A stretch of DNA of 64,000 bases from a virus. The position numbers and the translations under genes are program-made. The notes under the pieces are model-generated. The model was not told the origin of the DNA, ran no database searches, and saw nothing but the letters and a program-made list of their open reading frames with translations. Of this stretch, positions 27,157-37,481 are shown piece by piece; the stretch's first letter is position 1; the number at the start of each line of letters is the position of its first letter. Location of the stretch: positions 1 to 64,000 of the IMG/VR virus record IMGVR_UViG_3300036818_000070. One strand, written 5' to 3'.

Positions 27157-28221
27157 ATGGCCCGTAAGTCAGCAATCAGAATCTCTAACGCCGAGATTGC
27201 AGCCGTTGAGTATGCGAAAGCAGCGCGGCGCGATCAGTTGGCCGCTGAAAACGGAAAGCAGGGGATAGACCTACTGCACCGAATCGCGGCCGAGGATCGG
27301 CGCGAGCGACTTGGCCTTATGGCTGAGCGTGACCTTTTGAAGCGCGCAGCGGATGCCGCACGGCTGGAATTGCGCGGCGCGTCATTTTCGCCCGACGATA
27401 GGCAGGATGTAGCCGCGCAGATTGTTGCCGACGTACTGGAGATGATCGGCGGAGGCATGCCGCGCCACGATGATCGGCGCGTCAGTCTGACGGCGCTGTG
27501 TGACCGCGCGAAGACTTTGCGCCGAAGCATTGAGCGCCAGCGCGCCCGCGATGACATCTCGGCGCAGGATGACGCGAACCGCTATGCGACTAGCGCCGCC
27601 GCGCTTGGGATTGATACCGACGAAACGCCCGCCGAGCGCGCCGCGCTGCTGGCGGCCGAATCTGCGGATGCCGCCGCGCACGCTGCCAGCGCGCTCTGTC
27701 GGATGCTCCGGCTAGCGGCCGAGCCCGATAGCGCGGTCTGGTGTCACTTCTATGTGCTGGCGCGCGGCAAGTCGCCCGAGGATTGCGCCGCCGAGCGCGC
27801 CGTCAGTTGGGGCGCGTGGCGCGTGCGGATGTCTCGCGGCGCGAAGCTCATCCGCGCCGCCTACAGCGCGACCGAGCTAGTGCGTCGTCTCACGCTGGGC
27901 GCACAGTGGAGCGCGACAGGCGAACTCATCTACGTGCGCGAGGATCGCAGCGCCGAGGCTGGCAGCCGTACCCGGATGCTTGCCGACGTCAGCAGCGCGG
28001 AACACTGGCGCGACTATCAACCGACAGACTCGCCGATCACGGAGCGCGAGCTACCGAAGTCGGAGCGCGTCCACCATGTGACCGCACGCAAGCGGCGCGG
28101 CAGTGAGGCCGAGCAGGCGCAGCAGCGCGCCGACTCACTGCGGAGGATCGGCGCGCATTACGCCCGTGAGTCTCGACGCGAACGCTCAGTGGCGCGAACG
28201 TCAGCACTCAAAGCAGCCTAA
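27157..28221 (+). CDS. divergent sigma-factor-like protein
   Basis: DDRQDVAAQIVADVL (region-2-like); GKSPEDCAAERAVSWGAWRVRMSRG (region-4-like); SD AGGAG. Confidence 0.5.
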   Translation: MARKSAIRISNAEIAAVEYAKAARRDQLAAENGKQGIDLLHRIAAEDRRERLGLMAERDLLKRAADAARLELRGASFSPDDRQDVAAQIVADVLEMIGGGMPRHDDRRVSLTALCDRAKTLRRSIERQRARDDISAQDDANRYATSAAALGIDTDETPAERAALLAAESADAAAHAASALCRMLRLAAEPDSAVWCHFYVLARGKSPEDCAAERAVSWGAWRVRMSRGAKLIRAAYSATELVRRLTLGAQWSATGELIYVREDRSAEAGSRTRMLADVSSAEHWRDYQPTDSPITERELPKSERVHHVTARKRRGSEAEQAQQRADSLRRIGAHYARESRRERSVARTSALKAA

Positions 28222-28350
28222 CCCCACACGGTAGGCGAGCCGCTCAGTCGAACATGCGTCCAGGACGCTAACGGCTGAGCGGCAGTTTGCCGATAATGAT
28301 TGAACAGAGCGCGCCACACTGGCCCGCCACGATCACCGGAGGATGCCACT

Positions 28351-28641
28351 ATGGCCACCACCACGCAGACAATCGAGCAGCTGAGCGCACTGGCCGAGTC
28401 AGCCGAGGCACGCGCCGCAATTTTTGCCGAGGATCACGGCACCCACAGCGCCGACGCAAGGGCAGAACGCGCAGTAGCCAGAACGTACAGGCAGCGCGCG
28501 GCCGAGCTAGCCACGTTGCGCCAGCGCGCCGAGGCACGCGAGCGGCTGCACTGCCTGCCCACGCAGGGCGCGGCGCTCGCGGATAGGATCGCCACACGCA
28601 GCCGCGCGCTGGCGGCATGGGACCGGATCGGCTACCGCTAG
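28351..28641 (+). CDS. hypothetical helical protein
   Basis: SD GGAGG. Confidence 0.6.
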   Translation: MATTTQTIEQLSALAESAEARAAIFAEDHGTHSADARAERAVARTYRQRAAELATLRQRAEARERLHCLPTQGAALADRIATRSRALAAWDRIGYR

Positions 28642-28853
28642 CCCACAGGATCGGACACGGCCCACGCTGCCCGCCAGCGCGCCGCACACGCGGCCACAGC
28701 GGGCAGCGCAACCGCCAGCCCACCACCCACCGGAGCCCGACTCCCACGCTTCCCCAGCAGGCAGTTACAGCCCAAGGCGAGCGCGGTCGGGACGCGCGCA
28801 CCGTTGCGTCAAGCAAGCCAGCCCGAAAACCGGGCGCCTCACCCCGATGATTG

Positions 28854-28880
28854 GGTCACACTCCACTACGGAGTGTGACC
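28854..28880. repeat. perfect 11-bp inverted repeat
   Basis: GGTCACACTCC-ACTAC-GGAGTGTGACC. Confidence 0.85.
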
Positions 28881-28900
28881 TAGCCCCCGTTCCGCCAGGG

Positions 28901-28914
28901 CGAACGTGCGTTCG
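28901..28914. promoter_or_regulatory. LexA/SOS-type box
   Basis: CGAAC-GTGC-GTTCG. Confidence 0.65.
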
Positions 28915-29473
28915 GCCAAATCGCCTCACCACACCCGCACTCACACCAGCCCCCTTTTGGCGCTTTGTGGGGAACTCTTACCGGGTAGCGAGAGACTGTG
29001 CATAAATCTCCTGAAACTGTTGCCGACCCGCCTATGCCGCTGCTACCCTCTCGCCAACTGTGCGTGGCAGGTGGACTGGACCGTGGCGTGCGATGCGACC
29101 AGGCATCGAGGAAGCGGTCGGCCAAAATCCGGCGCACTGTGTATTGGTGGGGGCTGCACGGGCTCGCGATCCCTCTGCATGGACGCGATCCGATGGCTGT
29201 AGGTGCGCGCGGAGCTGGCAGGGATGTCCGGCCCGCGTGCGCTGATCCGACGGCGAAGGCAACAGTGAACCGGGGCCAGATGGAACTGATCCGGCGGAGA
29301 TAGAGGCGGAGTCGCTGGGGGGTGTGCTCGTGGCGTGGGACGTCTCGCTCCACACGTAGATCGAACACCTACGGGCGCACCCCCCAGCGGACGCCGGAGG
29401 AGGGCGTCGCCTCGATCCGGCTCACTGGGCCGTCGTCCCCCGGCCGGGGGCACAGATACTAGCCACGGCGAGT

Positions 29474-29487
29474 CGAACTCACGTTCG
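29474..29487. promoter_or_regulatory. LexA/SOS-type box
   Basis: CGAAC-TCAC-GTTCG. Confidence 0.65.
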
Positions 29488-29627
29488 GTCGCCGGGGAGT
29501 GCTCACAAGACGACACCCATGTCGGTTACCCGGTGTGGTAGTGTGCCACACGTCTTGGCGGACGACTAGCGGAGTCTGGCTACCCCTGTGGGAGTTCGCC
29601 GTGTTCACGCGAACCCCAGGAGGGGAG

Positions 29628-31687
29628 ATGGACCCATTCAAGTACCGCGACAGTGACGGCGACGAGCTGACACTGGTCGCCACCAGCGGCTTCGCGGAGG
29701 TCGTCGTCAACGGCGCGACCGTGCACCTGGCCGTCGCCGACGCCGAAGGCGCCGCAGACTGGCTCGGCAGCTTCGCGATCCAGCACGCGCCCACCGATCC
29801 CAACGCGGAGCCCACTCTCGCCCGGCGCGTCGTTGACGCGTTCAAGCGCTACGACACCGCGCTCGGGTCGGCGGCAGCCCACGGCGGTGACCGCGCGATC
29901 GTCGGCGACGAGCTACGCGCTCTCTCGCTGCTCATCAGCGAGCTAGACACGAGGCTCGGTGAGATCGGTGCCTGATCCCGCCACGTGGTACTGCAAGATC
30001 GGCGAGGTTCCGCGCGACAAGCTCCCGGAGGACTCCGACGAGCCGATGCGCGATGCCGTCGCCGCTGCCTACGAGGAGATGACGGGCGACGAACCTGTGT
30101 TCCTGTTTTCCGGCTGGGGTGCGGAGCTGACCGACGAGGAGCGCGCCGTGGTCGAGAACCGCGACCCCGGCCTCGCGGAGATCCCCGACTCCGTCACGCA
30201 GGCCGACGGCATCTACGTCATGGCCACCCGCTCGGGCGCGATGTGGCTGGAGACGTGGGAGGGCCAGGTTCGGACGGCGCTCAGCAGCGACGAGCTTACG
30301 CACGAACTGTCGCCGACCACCTACGCATTCGGCCCGTTCATCCCGGTGCCGAGTCCGCTGGACACGCTCGACGTCTACACGCGCTTCATCGAGGAGGTCG
30401 ATGCGCTCACGATCAACGCCGAGGACTCGGCGGTCTCTGTCGTCGGCGACCTGACGCGTGCAGTCAAGCGCGCGCAGCTCGTGCACGAGGGCAAGCTGGA
30501 CCCGGTCGCGCTGCGGGGTGGTGAGTGATGGCGGTCAACCTCACACACGCAGAGCGCGAGGTGCTCAAGAAGTACGTCGAGCTATCCAAGGAGGACCCCG
30601 AGGGCTCGTGGAACCCGTACTTCATCGACGTCGCGCAGGCAGCCGGTGGCGACGCTGACCTTGCCTACTCGATCTGCAAGCGCCTCAAGAAGGCGATGCT
30701 GCTCGAACACCACGGCGCCGCCGGGCGGTCACTCGCTGCATCGCCCGGTTACTGGCCGACTGAGGCTGGCGAGAAGCTGATCGCCGACCTGGAGGGCGAC
30801 GATGCCCAATAGCGCAATCGGCCACAGCCACAACCAGAAACCGGGCGAGTCTCCGTGGGACCTCACGATCACTCGCACCGTGACCGTCAAGAGCCCAAGT
30901 GGGCGACCGTCGCTGGAGCTAGAAGCCAAAGGCGACGACGTGATGGTCACTGTCCTGCCGCGCAACGGCAGCAAGCGCGAGCCGGTGAAGCTCGTCACCC
31001 TCCGACAGGCCATCGACGCACTCGGCGGTGACAGATGATGGTCGATGTCGGCATGCGGGACGGCCGCACCACGTTCCGCTTCAAGTCGCGCGCCACGGCG
31101 ATCGAGATGATGCAGCGCGACCCGCTGACTATGGATGAGTCGATGACGCGGGAGGCGTGGGTGCGCTGGCATCCGGAGTCGCCGTTCATCCCGGTGCGCA
31201 TGTGCCACTTCTCGAAGAACAGCATCTCCTACGTCGTACAGGTGCCACCGGAGCAGGCGCAGGCGTTCCTGGGCGGTGATGGACAGTGAGTCGCGAGATG
31301 GAGTACTCCGACGAGGACCGCGACACGCTGCTCCTCAAGGACAGCTCGGACGACCGCGAGCGTGGGGCAGTGATCTTCGCGATCAACCACACGCAGGCGG
31401 TCCACGTCCGCACCGAGGGCGTCGCCGCGATCCACCGGTGGCTCACCGGCTGGCTCTATGGGCGGGGCGTGCTGCCCAAGCCGCCGGACTCATATGAGCC
31501 GGAGGCGATGGACCTGCTCGACACGATCCGCGAGTACGCCGACAGCGATCATGGGTTCACTCCACCAGGGGCGTTCCTCAGATGGCGCAAGGTGCTCGAC
31601 GCAGCGGAGGCGTTGCGGCACGCGATGCTTACGGCTCAACTCAAGCCAGCCACTACGTTCGATGAGGAGGGCCACCACGATGCCTGA
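29628..31687 (+). CDS. run of six coupled small hypothetical genes (29628-29975, 29968-30528, 30525-30812 wHTH-like, 30802-31038, 31035-31289, 31286-31687)
   Basis: Head-to-tail overlapping ORFs with phage-like codon bias. Confidence 0.65.
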
Positions 31688-32381
31688 GTTGCGCAAGCTG
31701 TTCGTCACCCGAACCAGACTCGGCGAGCTGGGCGTCTCGGACGAGAACGGCCGCCAGGTCCTCCACGAGGTGGGGGGCGTCCAAATCGCCAGCACCGTCG
31801 AGGGCGGCGCTGTCGTCGGTCCGCTCATGGAATGGGCCGAGCCCGAGGTCGTGCCCGACGCCATGAGTGCGTTGCTGTACGAGGTGTGCGCCGAGACCGA
31901 GCGCCAGGACAACGCACACGGCGCCTTCAGTGGCACGCGCGTGGGCGTGTCACGTCTCGCGCTCGCCGTGCTCCAGGACGAGATAGACGAGGCACATGAC
32001 TGGTGGCGCGCGGAGAAGGGCGGCGCCAGCGGTGGCCCCGACTGGGAGCAGACGCGCCGGGAGGTCATCCAGGTCGCGGCCGTAGCGTTGCGCGCGCTGC
32101 GGGACGTGTTCCACGAGGACGCGCCGACGCGGCCGGACGACACCCGCTCCAGTGGGCTCACCAAGGCCCGGCAGCTTCTCGGCGAGGCTGAGGCGATCTG
32201 TGTCGATCACCAGGACGAGCACAATGACGGTACGGGTGGATACGACATCGTGCTCAACATGGGCAGCTCGGGTGACCACTGTGTCGCCGAGAGTCTCGAC
32301 CGGGAGGGCGCGCTCGGCATCGCCCATGCGCTCGACGCCGCGATCGGCGGTGGCGTTTACCTCGACGGGGAGCGTCAGTAA
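31680..32381 (+). CDS. protein with MazG-like NTP pyrophosphohydrolase domain
   Basis: LAVLQDEIDEA...REVIQVAAVALRAL. Confidence 0.55.
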   Translation: MPELRKLFVTRTRLGELGVSDENGRQVLHEVGGVQIASTVEGGAVVGPLMEWAEPEVVPDAMSALLYEVCAETERQDNAHGAFSGTRVGVSRLALAVLQDEIDEAHDWWRAEKGGASGGPDWEQTRREVIQVAAVALRALRDVFHEDAPTRPDDTRSSGLTKARQLLGEAEAICVDHQDEHNDGTGGYDIVLNMGSSGDHCVAESLDREGALGIAHALDAAIGGGVYLDGERQ

Positions 32382-32549
32382 TGGTGGTCCTGGCTGGCGA
32401 CTACGGCGTTCCGTGCCCAAGAGTCGGATGCGATGCGCGCAAGGGCGAGCGGTGCCTGGACATCCGGGCGAAAAGGTCCGGCGTAGAGCTTCCCAACTGG
32501 GAAGCGCACCCCGAGCGACACAAGCTGGCGATCAGGGAGGCGCATACGG

Positions 32550-32762
32550 ATGGACGGTAGTTCGGTCATAACAGAGGTGCGGCTGCTCCCGAGTCGGGGC
32601 GATGCGTTCGCTCGCTGGCTCAAGGAACAGCGCGACAACCAGAACCGCAACGTGGAACTGGGGCGCCAGCGCTGGGCCGCGATCGACGGCCTGCTCGACA
32701 CCTACCGGCTGCATGCCGACACCGGCACGCCGCTAGACCAGGAGGCATGCGAAGGTGGCTGA
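32550..32762 (+). CDS. hypothetical protein
   Basis: SD GGAGG. Confidence 0.55.
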   Translation: MDGSSVITEVRLLPSRGDAFARWLKEQRDNQNRNVELGRQRWAAIDGLLDTYRLHADTGTPLDQEACEGG

Positions 32763-33186
32763 CGTTGTGGTCACAGTGCCGAAGGCGCTCTGGTCAGAGT
32801 GGCTCGGCGAGGGCGACCTCGCGTACAGCGAGCATCTCCCAGAGGGACCGTATGGAGCAGTAGTACTCAACCCCCCGAGGCCGTGGGAGGGGTTCAACGA
32901 GTACGGCTTCAACGTCGGCCATCGCCGTCCGGCGATCGAGCGCGGCGAGCGCCTCTACATCGTCAGCCACGGTCGGCTGCGGGGGTACTCGCCCGTGGTG
33001 GGCGTCGAGCAAACGTTGCGGTTCGGTGGCCGCAACCACGGCAACTGGGCGATCGTCCGGCGCGGAGATGCGGTAGCCGTCACTGTGCCGTGGGAGATGA
33101 GGGGGTTCCAGGGCTACCACTATAGGACGTGGGCTTACAACGATGAGGTCCCGTTTCCCAACTGGCGCACAGAGGGCGTCATCTGA
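32755..33186 (+). CDS. ASCH/PUA-like hypothetical protein
   Basis: GERLYIVSHGRLRGY...MRGFQGY. Confidence 0.45.
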   Translation: MADVVVTVPKALWSEWLGEGDLAYSEHLPEGPYGAVVLNPPRPWEGFNEYGFNVGHRRPAIERGERLYIVSHGRLRGYSPVVGVEQTLRFGGRNHGNWAIVRRGDAVAVTVPWEMRGFQGYHYRTWAYNDEVPFPNWRTEGVI

Positions 33187-33798
33187 TGGCACGCAGGGCC
33201 GACGTACTGCTGGACGAGCTGGTGCTGGCGGAGGCACAGCGCATCACATGGTTCGGTGTGTTGGTCGCGTTCGGCGGATGGTTCCGGCCATTCCAGATCC
33301 GCCACTTTCACGAGGACACGACCGCCGAGGTCAAAGCACTGACACTCGATCAGATCGACTACAGGCTGCGCAAACTGGCGGCGCGCGGCGAGCTAGAGAA
33401 GAAGCCAGGCGAGAAGCTGTACCGCATACCACCAAGGGATGATCCACATGACATTGACACTGACGCCAACTGAGACGATGCGAGTCGGTATCGACACGGC
33501 GCGCAACGTGATCGACAACCTCGGCCCCGAGGGCGGCGTGTGGGCGATCACGACGTCGATGGCCCACTACCCGGAGCCGTCCGACGCACTGCTCATGGTT
33601 TGGCTCGCGCACGAGGTGGACGGCCTACGTGACGAGCACTTCGAGAACCTGCCGAACAACTGGCCCGACCGCTGCGTGAAGATGGCGCAGGCGCTCGGCC
33701 ACCTGGACGCCGACGGCCGCGCGACCGTGAAGGGCGTGGAGGCGGTGACCGCGTTTATCGACGCGACGCACCCCGCCGAAGGGACCAACGACAGTTAG
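33186..33798 (+). CDS. two hypothetical genes (33186-33473 wHTH-like; 33448-33798)
   Basis: Coupled ORFs. Confidence 0.55.
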
Positions 33799-33802
33799 CC
33801 GG

Positions 33803-33831
33803 TTGCAGCATCCACCGCCCCACGCTAAGAT
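33803..33831 (+). promoter_or_regulatory. housekeeping-type promoter
   Basis: TTGCAG-N17-TAAGAT. Confidence 0.55.
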
Positions 33832-33836
33832 CGCTA

Positions 33837-33930
33837 GGGGTAGCAACCAGGCTCAACTGGGTACGTCTCTCTCCGACGGCTCCTTGCGATACGGGGAAAC
33901 GGCCGCTCTTACCAGGGCGGCCGTTTCTTT
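33837..33930 (+). ncRNA. candidate small RNA
   Basis: Lies between promoter and intrinsic terminator; no ORF. Confidence 0.45.
33896..33930 (+). terminator. intrinsic terminator
   Basis: GAAACGGCCGC...GCGGCCGTTTC-TTT. Confidence 0.75.
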
Positions 33931-33931
33931 G

Positions 33932-33946
33932 CCCGGCGTAGATTAG
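33932..33946 (+). promoter_or_regulatory. putative late promoter motif, copy 1
   Basis: CCCGGCGTAGATTAG. Confidence 0.65.
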
Positions 33947-33982
33947 GTGGGCTAAGCACCCTCTTCGCTGCAAAGGAGCCCC

Positions 33983-34558
33983 ATGACCGTCAACATCGCT
34001 CGCTTCGAGGAGTCCAGCGAGATCGTCCTCGACAGCGAGACCATTGCCGCCGAGGTCAATGTCACCTTGTCGTACGCGAGCGTGATGCGCGTCGGCGCAC
34101 TCGTGGCAGTACACATCGAAGGCTCATACGTTGGGCCGACCGTCGCGCAGTTGTCCGCCGCGCTATCCACCGGGGGCGGCGCGATCACCGAGCTGCCGGT
34201 TGACGAGCTTGAGGCAGCGGTCGCCGCCGGAAGCTACGTGACCACCGACGGCGTCCATACCCAGACCTGGGTGACGACCGGAGCCGCCAAGAGCGCCACC
34301 GAGATTCCGGTGACCTCCCAGACGCCGACCTTCGACTTCCCGGTGGGACAGGACGTTGTGAGCGCGGCCGAGGCTGAGTTCGCCACCGCCCAGCTCCCCG
34401 CCGCATTCGCGCCCGGCGCGACGGTGACCCCGGTCTTCAGCGGCGACCTGACGGCGGTCAGCATCGACGCGGACGGAGTGCTGCACGTCACGCCGAATGC
34501 GACGGCTGGAGCCTTCGTCATCGACGCGACCTACGCCGCCGGGGTGGCCACACCCTGA
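33983..34558 (+). CDS. virion-like beta-rich protein
   Basis: Ala/Thr/Val-rich, acidic; SD AAGGAG; follows late motif. Confidence 0.6.
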   Translation: MTVNIARFEESSEIVLDSETIAAEVNVTLSYASVMRVGALVAVHIEGSYVGPTVAQLSAALSTGGGAITELPVDELEAAVAAGSYVTTDGVHTQTWVTTGAAKSATEIPVTSQTPTFDFPVGQDVVSAAEAEFATAQLPAAFAPGATVTPVFSGDLTAVSIDADGVLHVTPNATAGAFVIDATYAAGVATP

Positions 34559-34600
34559 CGGCGGGTCTTCCGTAACTTCCTCCCGGTTCCAGGAAGCGAG

Positions 34601-34640
34601 AAAGGCGGTGCGTTCTCAGCGGTGCGCATCGCCTTTTTTC
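34601..34640 (+). terminator. intrinsic terminator
   Basis: AAAGGCGGTGCG...CGCATCGCCTTTTTT. Confidence 0.75.
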
Positions 34641-34717
34641 GTACTTGAAACTCTCCGCGTACCTGTGTACGTTCGTCACAGGGATGATGTGACCGGCCGA
34701 CAGGAGGCCAGGGAGAA

Positions 34718-36690
34718 GTGACGGACGAGAAGCGGGCCGCTGGCGGCGCCCCGCAAGTAACAACGAAGCACGCTCAGGCCGACGCGGCGATCACACTGCT
34801 GCGCGACGCCGCGAAGCTGGTGAAGGTGACTGGCGACGAGGCGGCCTATGCCAAGGAGCGCATTGTCGAGCTGACCGATGAGATCGGCGATCTGCGCGGC
34901 GACCTTGATAAGGCGCACGGCGAACTCGGCGACCTGCGGGAGATGCGCAAGCAGCACGAACGCATCACAGACGGCATCCAGGACCTTCGGCGAGGCATCA
35001 TCGACCTCGATGAGCTGGTGAAGATGGCGGCCATCGGATGACACTCGACACGCACGACGCCGAGGAGCTGGCGATGCTTCTCCTCGCGCGCAAGTGGAAG
35101 GCTGGGGAACTGGGCAAAGTGCATCCCAGTATCGGCCGAATCTTCAACCGCAGCCTGCTGCTGGCGGGCGAGGAAGCGGTCCCGTTCGCTCGTGCGACCG
35201 ACGAATCAGCCCCCAGCGTACCTGAGCTGATTCTTCGTGAGCATATGTGTGCACAAACGGTGCAGATCGACCCCAAGATGGTCGCCGAGCGAGCGGTGAT
35301 AACCCCAGAACGGTCAAGGCGGCTGCAAAACGAGCAGGTGTGTGCATATGACAGCGGGTGACCACGAGGAAGCCCGCGCGCTGCTCATGGACGCGCGCCA
35401 CAAGCGGGGCGCACAGGTGATCGCGGAAACCAATGCGCGCGAGGCCACCATTCGGTTCATGGATTCCGCGCTCTTGGCGCTCTGGGGCTGGGACACGATC
35501 GGTAGGGAGCTGAACATCACGGCGACAGCCGCCCGTCGCTACTACAACCGCAACCGCCGACTGATGCGCCCCGGCGCTGCCATCGGCTGAATAGGAGGGG
35601 ACAGTGCACGACCACGACGCCGGAGTGAAGGCGACGGTAAACCGCATCAGTGCGGGAGCACACCACTATGTGGCGATCACGCGCAAGCGCATCGCCGAGG
35701 CGTTGGATGACCTCGACGCCGGAGAGTTCTGTGACGCGCTCAACAGCCTTCAGGAAGCCTGCCGCAGCGTGGGGCCGCTCGCTCACGCACAGTCGAACAT
35801 CGGCGTCGCTGGAGGGTCTGATCTCGTACGTGTCGGCGACCTCGCCGTTGGCATGGAACTGACCAACGTTGGTGAGATCACCGAGGTCGAGCAGATCGAG
35901 TGCGATGACCCCGACTGTGCCGGTCATGTCGTCGTTCGCGTCGGTGGACGCGAAATGACCCTGGACCCGGACCTGGAGGCGTTCGTTGTCGCGGCCGAGG
36001 AAGCGCCTCCGGAGTGAGCGCGCGCGCCGAGGCCCTGCTGGCCCGCGCGCTCGCCGCCGAGGAGGAGGTCGAGCGACTGGGGGGCGAGATGGAGAAGTTC
36101 CGCCGGGTGCTCGGCAACGTGATGGAGGGGGACCCTCACACCGCCGTGCAGGCTTTGGCGTATATCAAACGGTGTGAGACGGCCGAGGAACTGGTCAGGG
36201 ACGCCCTACAGATCATGGAGACGTGGGACACGGCCGAGTCCAGAGAGCGGCGCAGCGTCTGGCGGACGCGTGCCCACGCCGCGGTGAGCGCGATGCAAGT
36301 CGCCGATCGTGACGCCGAGGGCACGCTGCCGGACGAGAGCGAGTTCTGGCAGTCGGCGGCGGTACCGAGCATCAGACAGAGCCTTGGGCAAATCTCGCGC
36401 GACAGAAAGAGGCGACAGTGAACGCCGAGGCGGACGAGGTCAGCTACACCCAGTACCGCAACGCCTGCGCCGCGCTCGCGCGCATCGGCGAGCACCTTCA
36501 GACCGCTGACCCCGATGAGGCCGCCGAGCACTATTTGCCCGAGATGACACATCAGGTTGCGCTCATCTTCAGCTTCGTCGGCTCCAACATGACAGCGCGA
36601 CACGTCCCGCGCTACGCGCAAACTGTCGCTGAGTTGGAGGCCGCGAAGGACGGTACCCTTCCAACCAAACACCAATCGCAGGAGGAGTAA
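34718..36690 (+). CDS. run of small hypothetical genes (34718-35041 coiled coil, 35038-35361, 35348-35590 HTH-like, 35604-36017, 36014-36421, 36418-36690)
   Basis: Coupled ORFs. Confidence 0.6.
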
Positions 36691-36693
36691 GCG

Positions 36694-37275
36694 ATGGAAG
36701 CATCAGAGGCCGGGCTCACGCCCGAGCAGGAGAACGCACAGTCCACCGATGAGCTGGCCGCAGCCGAGCAGGAAGTGGCAGCGACCGAAGAGACGATCGC
36801 GACCGAAGAGGCGGCGACCGCAGGCGACGAGGGTCCGGCGCCGACCGACGGCGGCAGCGCGACCGACGGCGGCAGCGCGGACGGGGGAACCGACGGCGGC
36901 ACGACCACCGACGGTGGCGGCACGCAGGCGACCGGCGATACCTCGGGTGGCGATGGTTCCGATTCGGACGGCGCCGACGGCGGCAGCGGCTCGGACGGCG
37001 GCAGCGGCTCGGACGGCGGCGATGGCAGCTCCACCGAGGGTCAGGCCCCCGTCGCGACGGAGCGCGACAAGATCATCGTCGGCGACAGCGGCATGTTCGA
37101 GCAGCAGCCGATGAACCCGGACAACGACGCCGACAAGGTCCACCGCACCTCGGCGCCAGCCGCCGAGATGCAGAGCGGCGTGCCACTGGCCGAGGACCGC
37201 GCCGCTGGCGTGGAGCCCGGCCAGCCGAGCGGAAAGACTCCGCCGCAGGGACCGCCCGCCGAGCCGACGGCCTGA
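36694..37275 (+). CDS. highly acidic low-complexity protein with DGGS/T repeats
   Basis: SD GGAGGAG; repeated GACGGCGGC units. Confidence 0.7.
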   Translation: MEASEAGLTPEQENAQSTDELAAAEQEVAATEETIATEEAATAGDEGPAPTDGGSATDGGSADGGTDGGTTTDGGGTQATGDTSGGDGSDSDGADGGSGSDGGSGSDGGDGSSTEGQAPVATERDKIIVGDSGMFEQQPMNPDNDADKVHRTSAPAAEMQSGVPLAEDRAAGVEPGQPSGKTPPQGPPAEPTA

Positions 37276-37481
37276 TGCCGTTCGGACCCTACATCTCGGC
37301 CGTGTTCACGTTGCCGACGACGACGACGACGAAGGTGGGCGGCCGTAGGCGCGACAAGCGCAAGGCCCGCGCCGCGCGCGGCGCACGACGGCGCAATCGC
37401 TAGTCGCGATTCGTTGCACGTTGCGGGGAAGGCGTCCCTTGGGGCGCCTTCCGTCGTTCCGGCGCTGTAGCATGCCGCCAC

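Noticed and set aside
28249-28262. Third LexA box (CGAAC-ATGC-GTCCA)
   Set aside because: Two mismatches in the right half-site; too weak to call.
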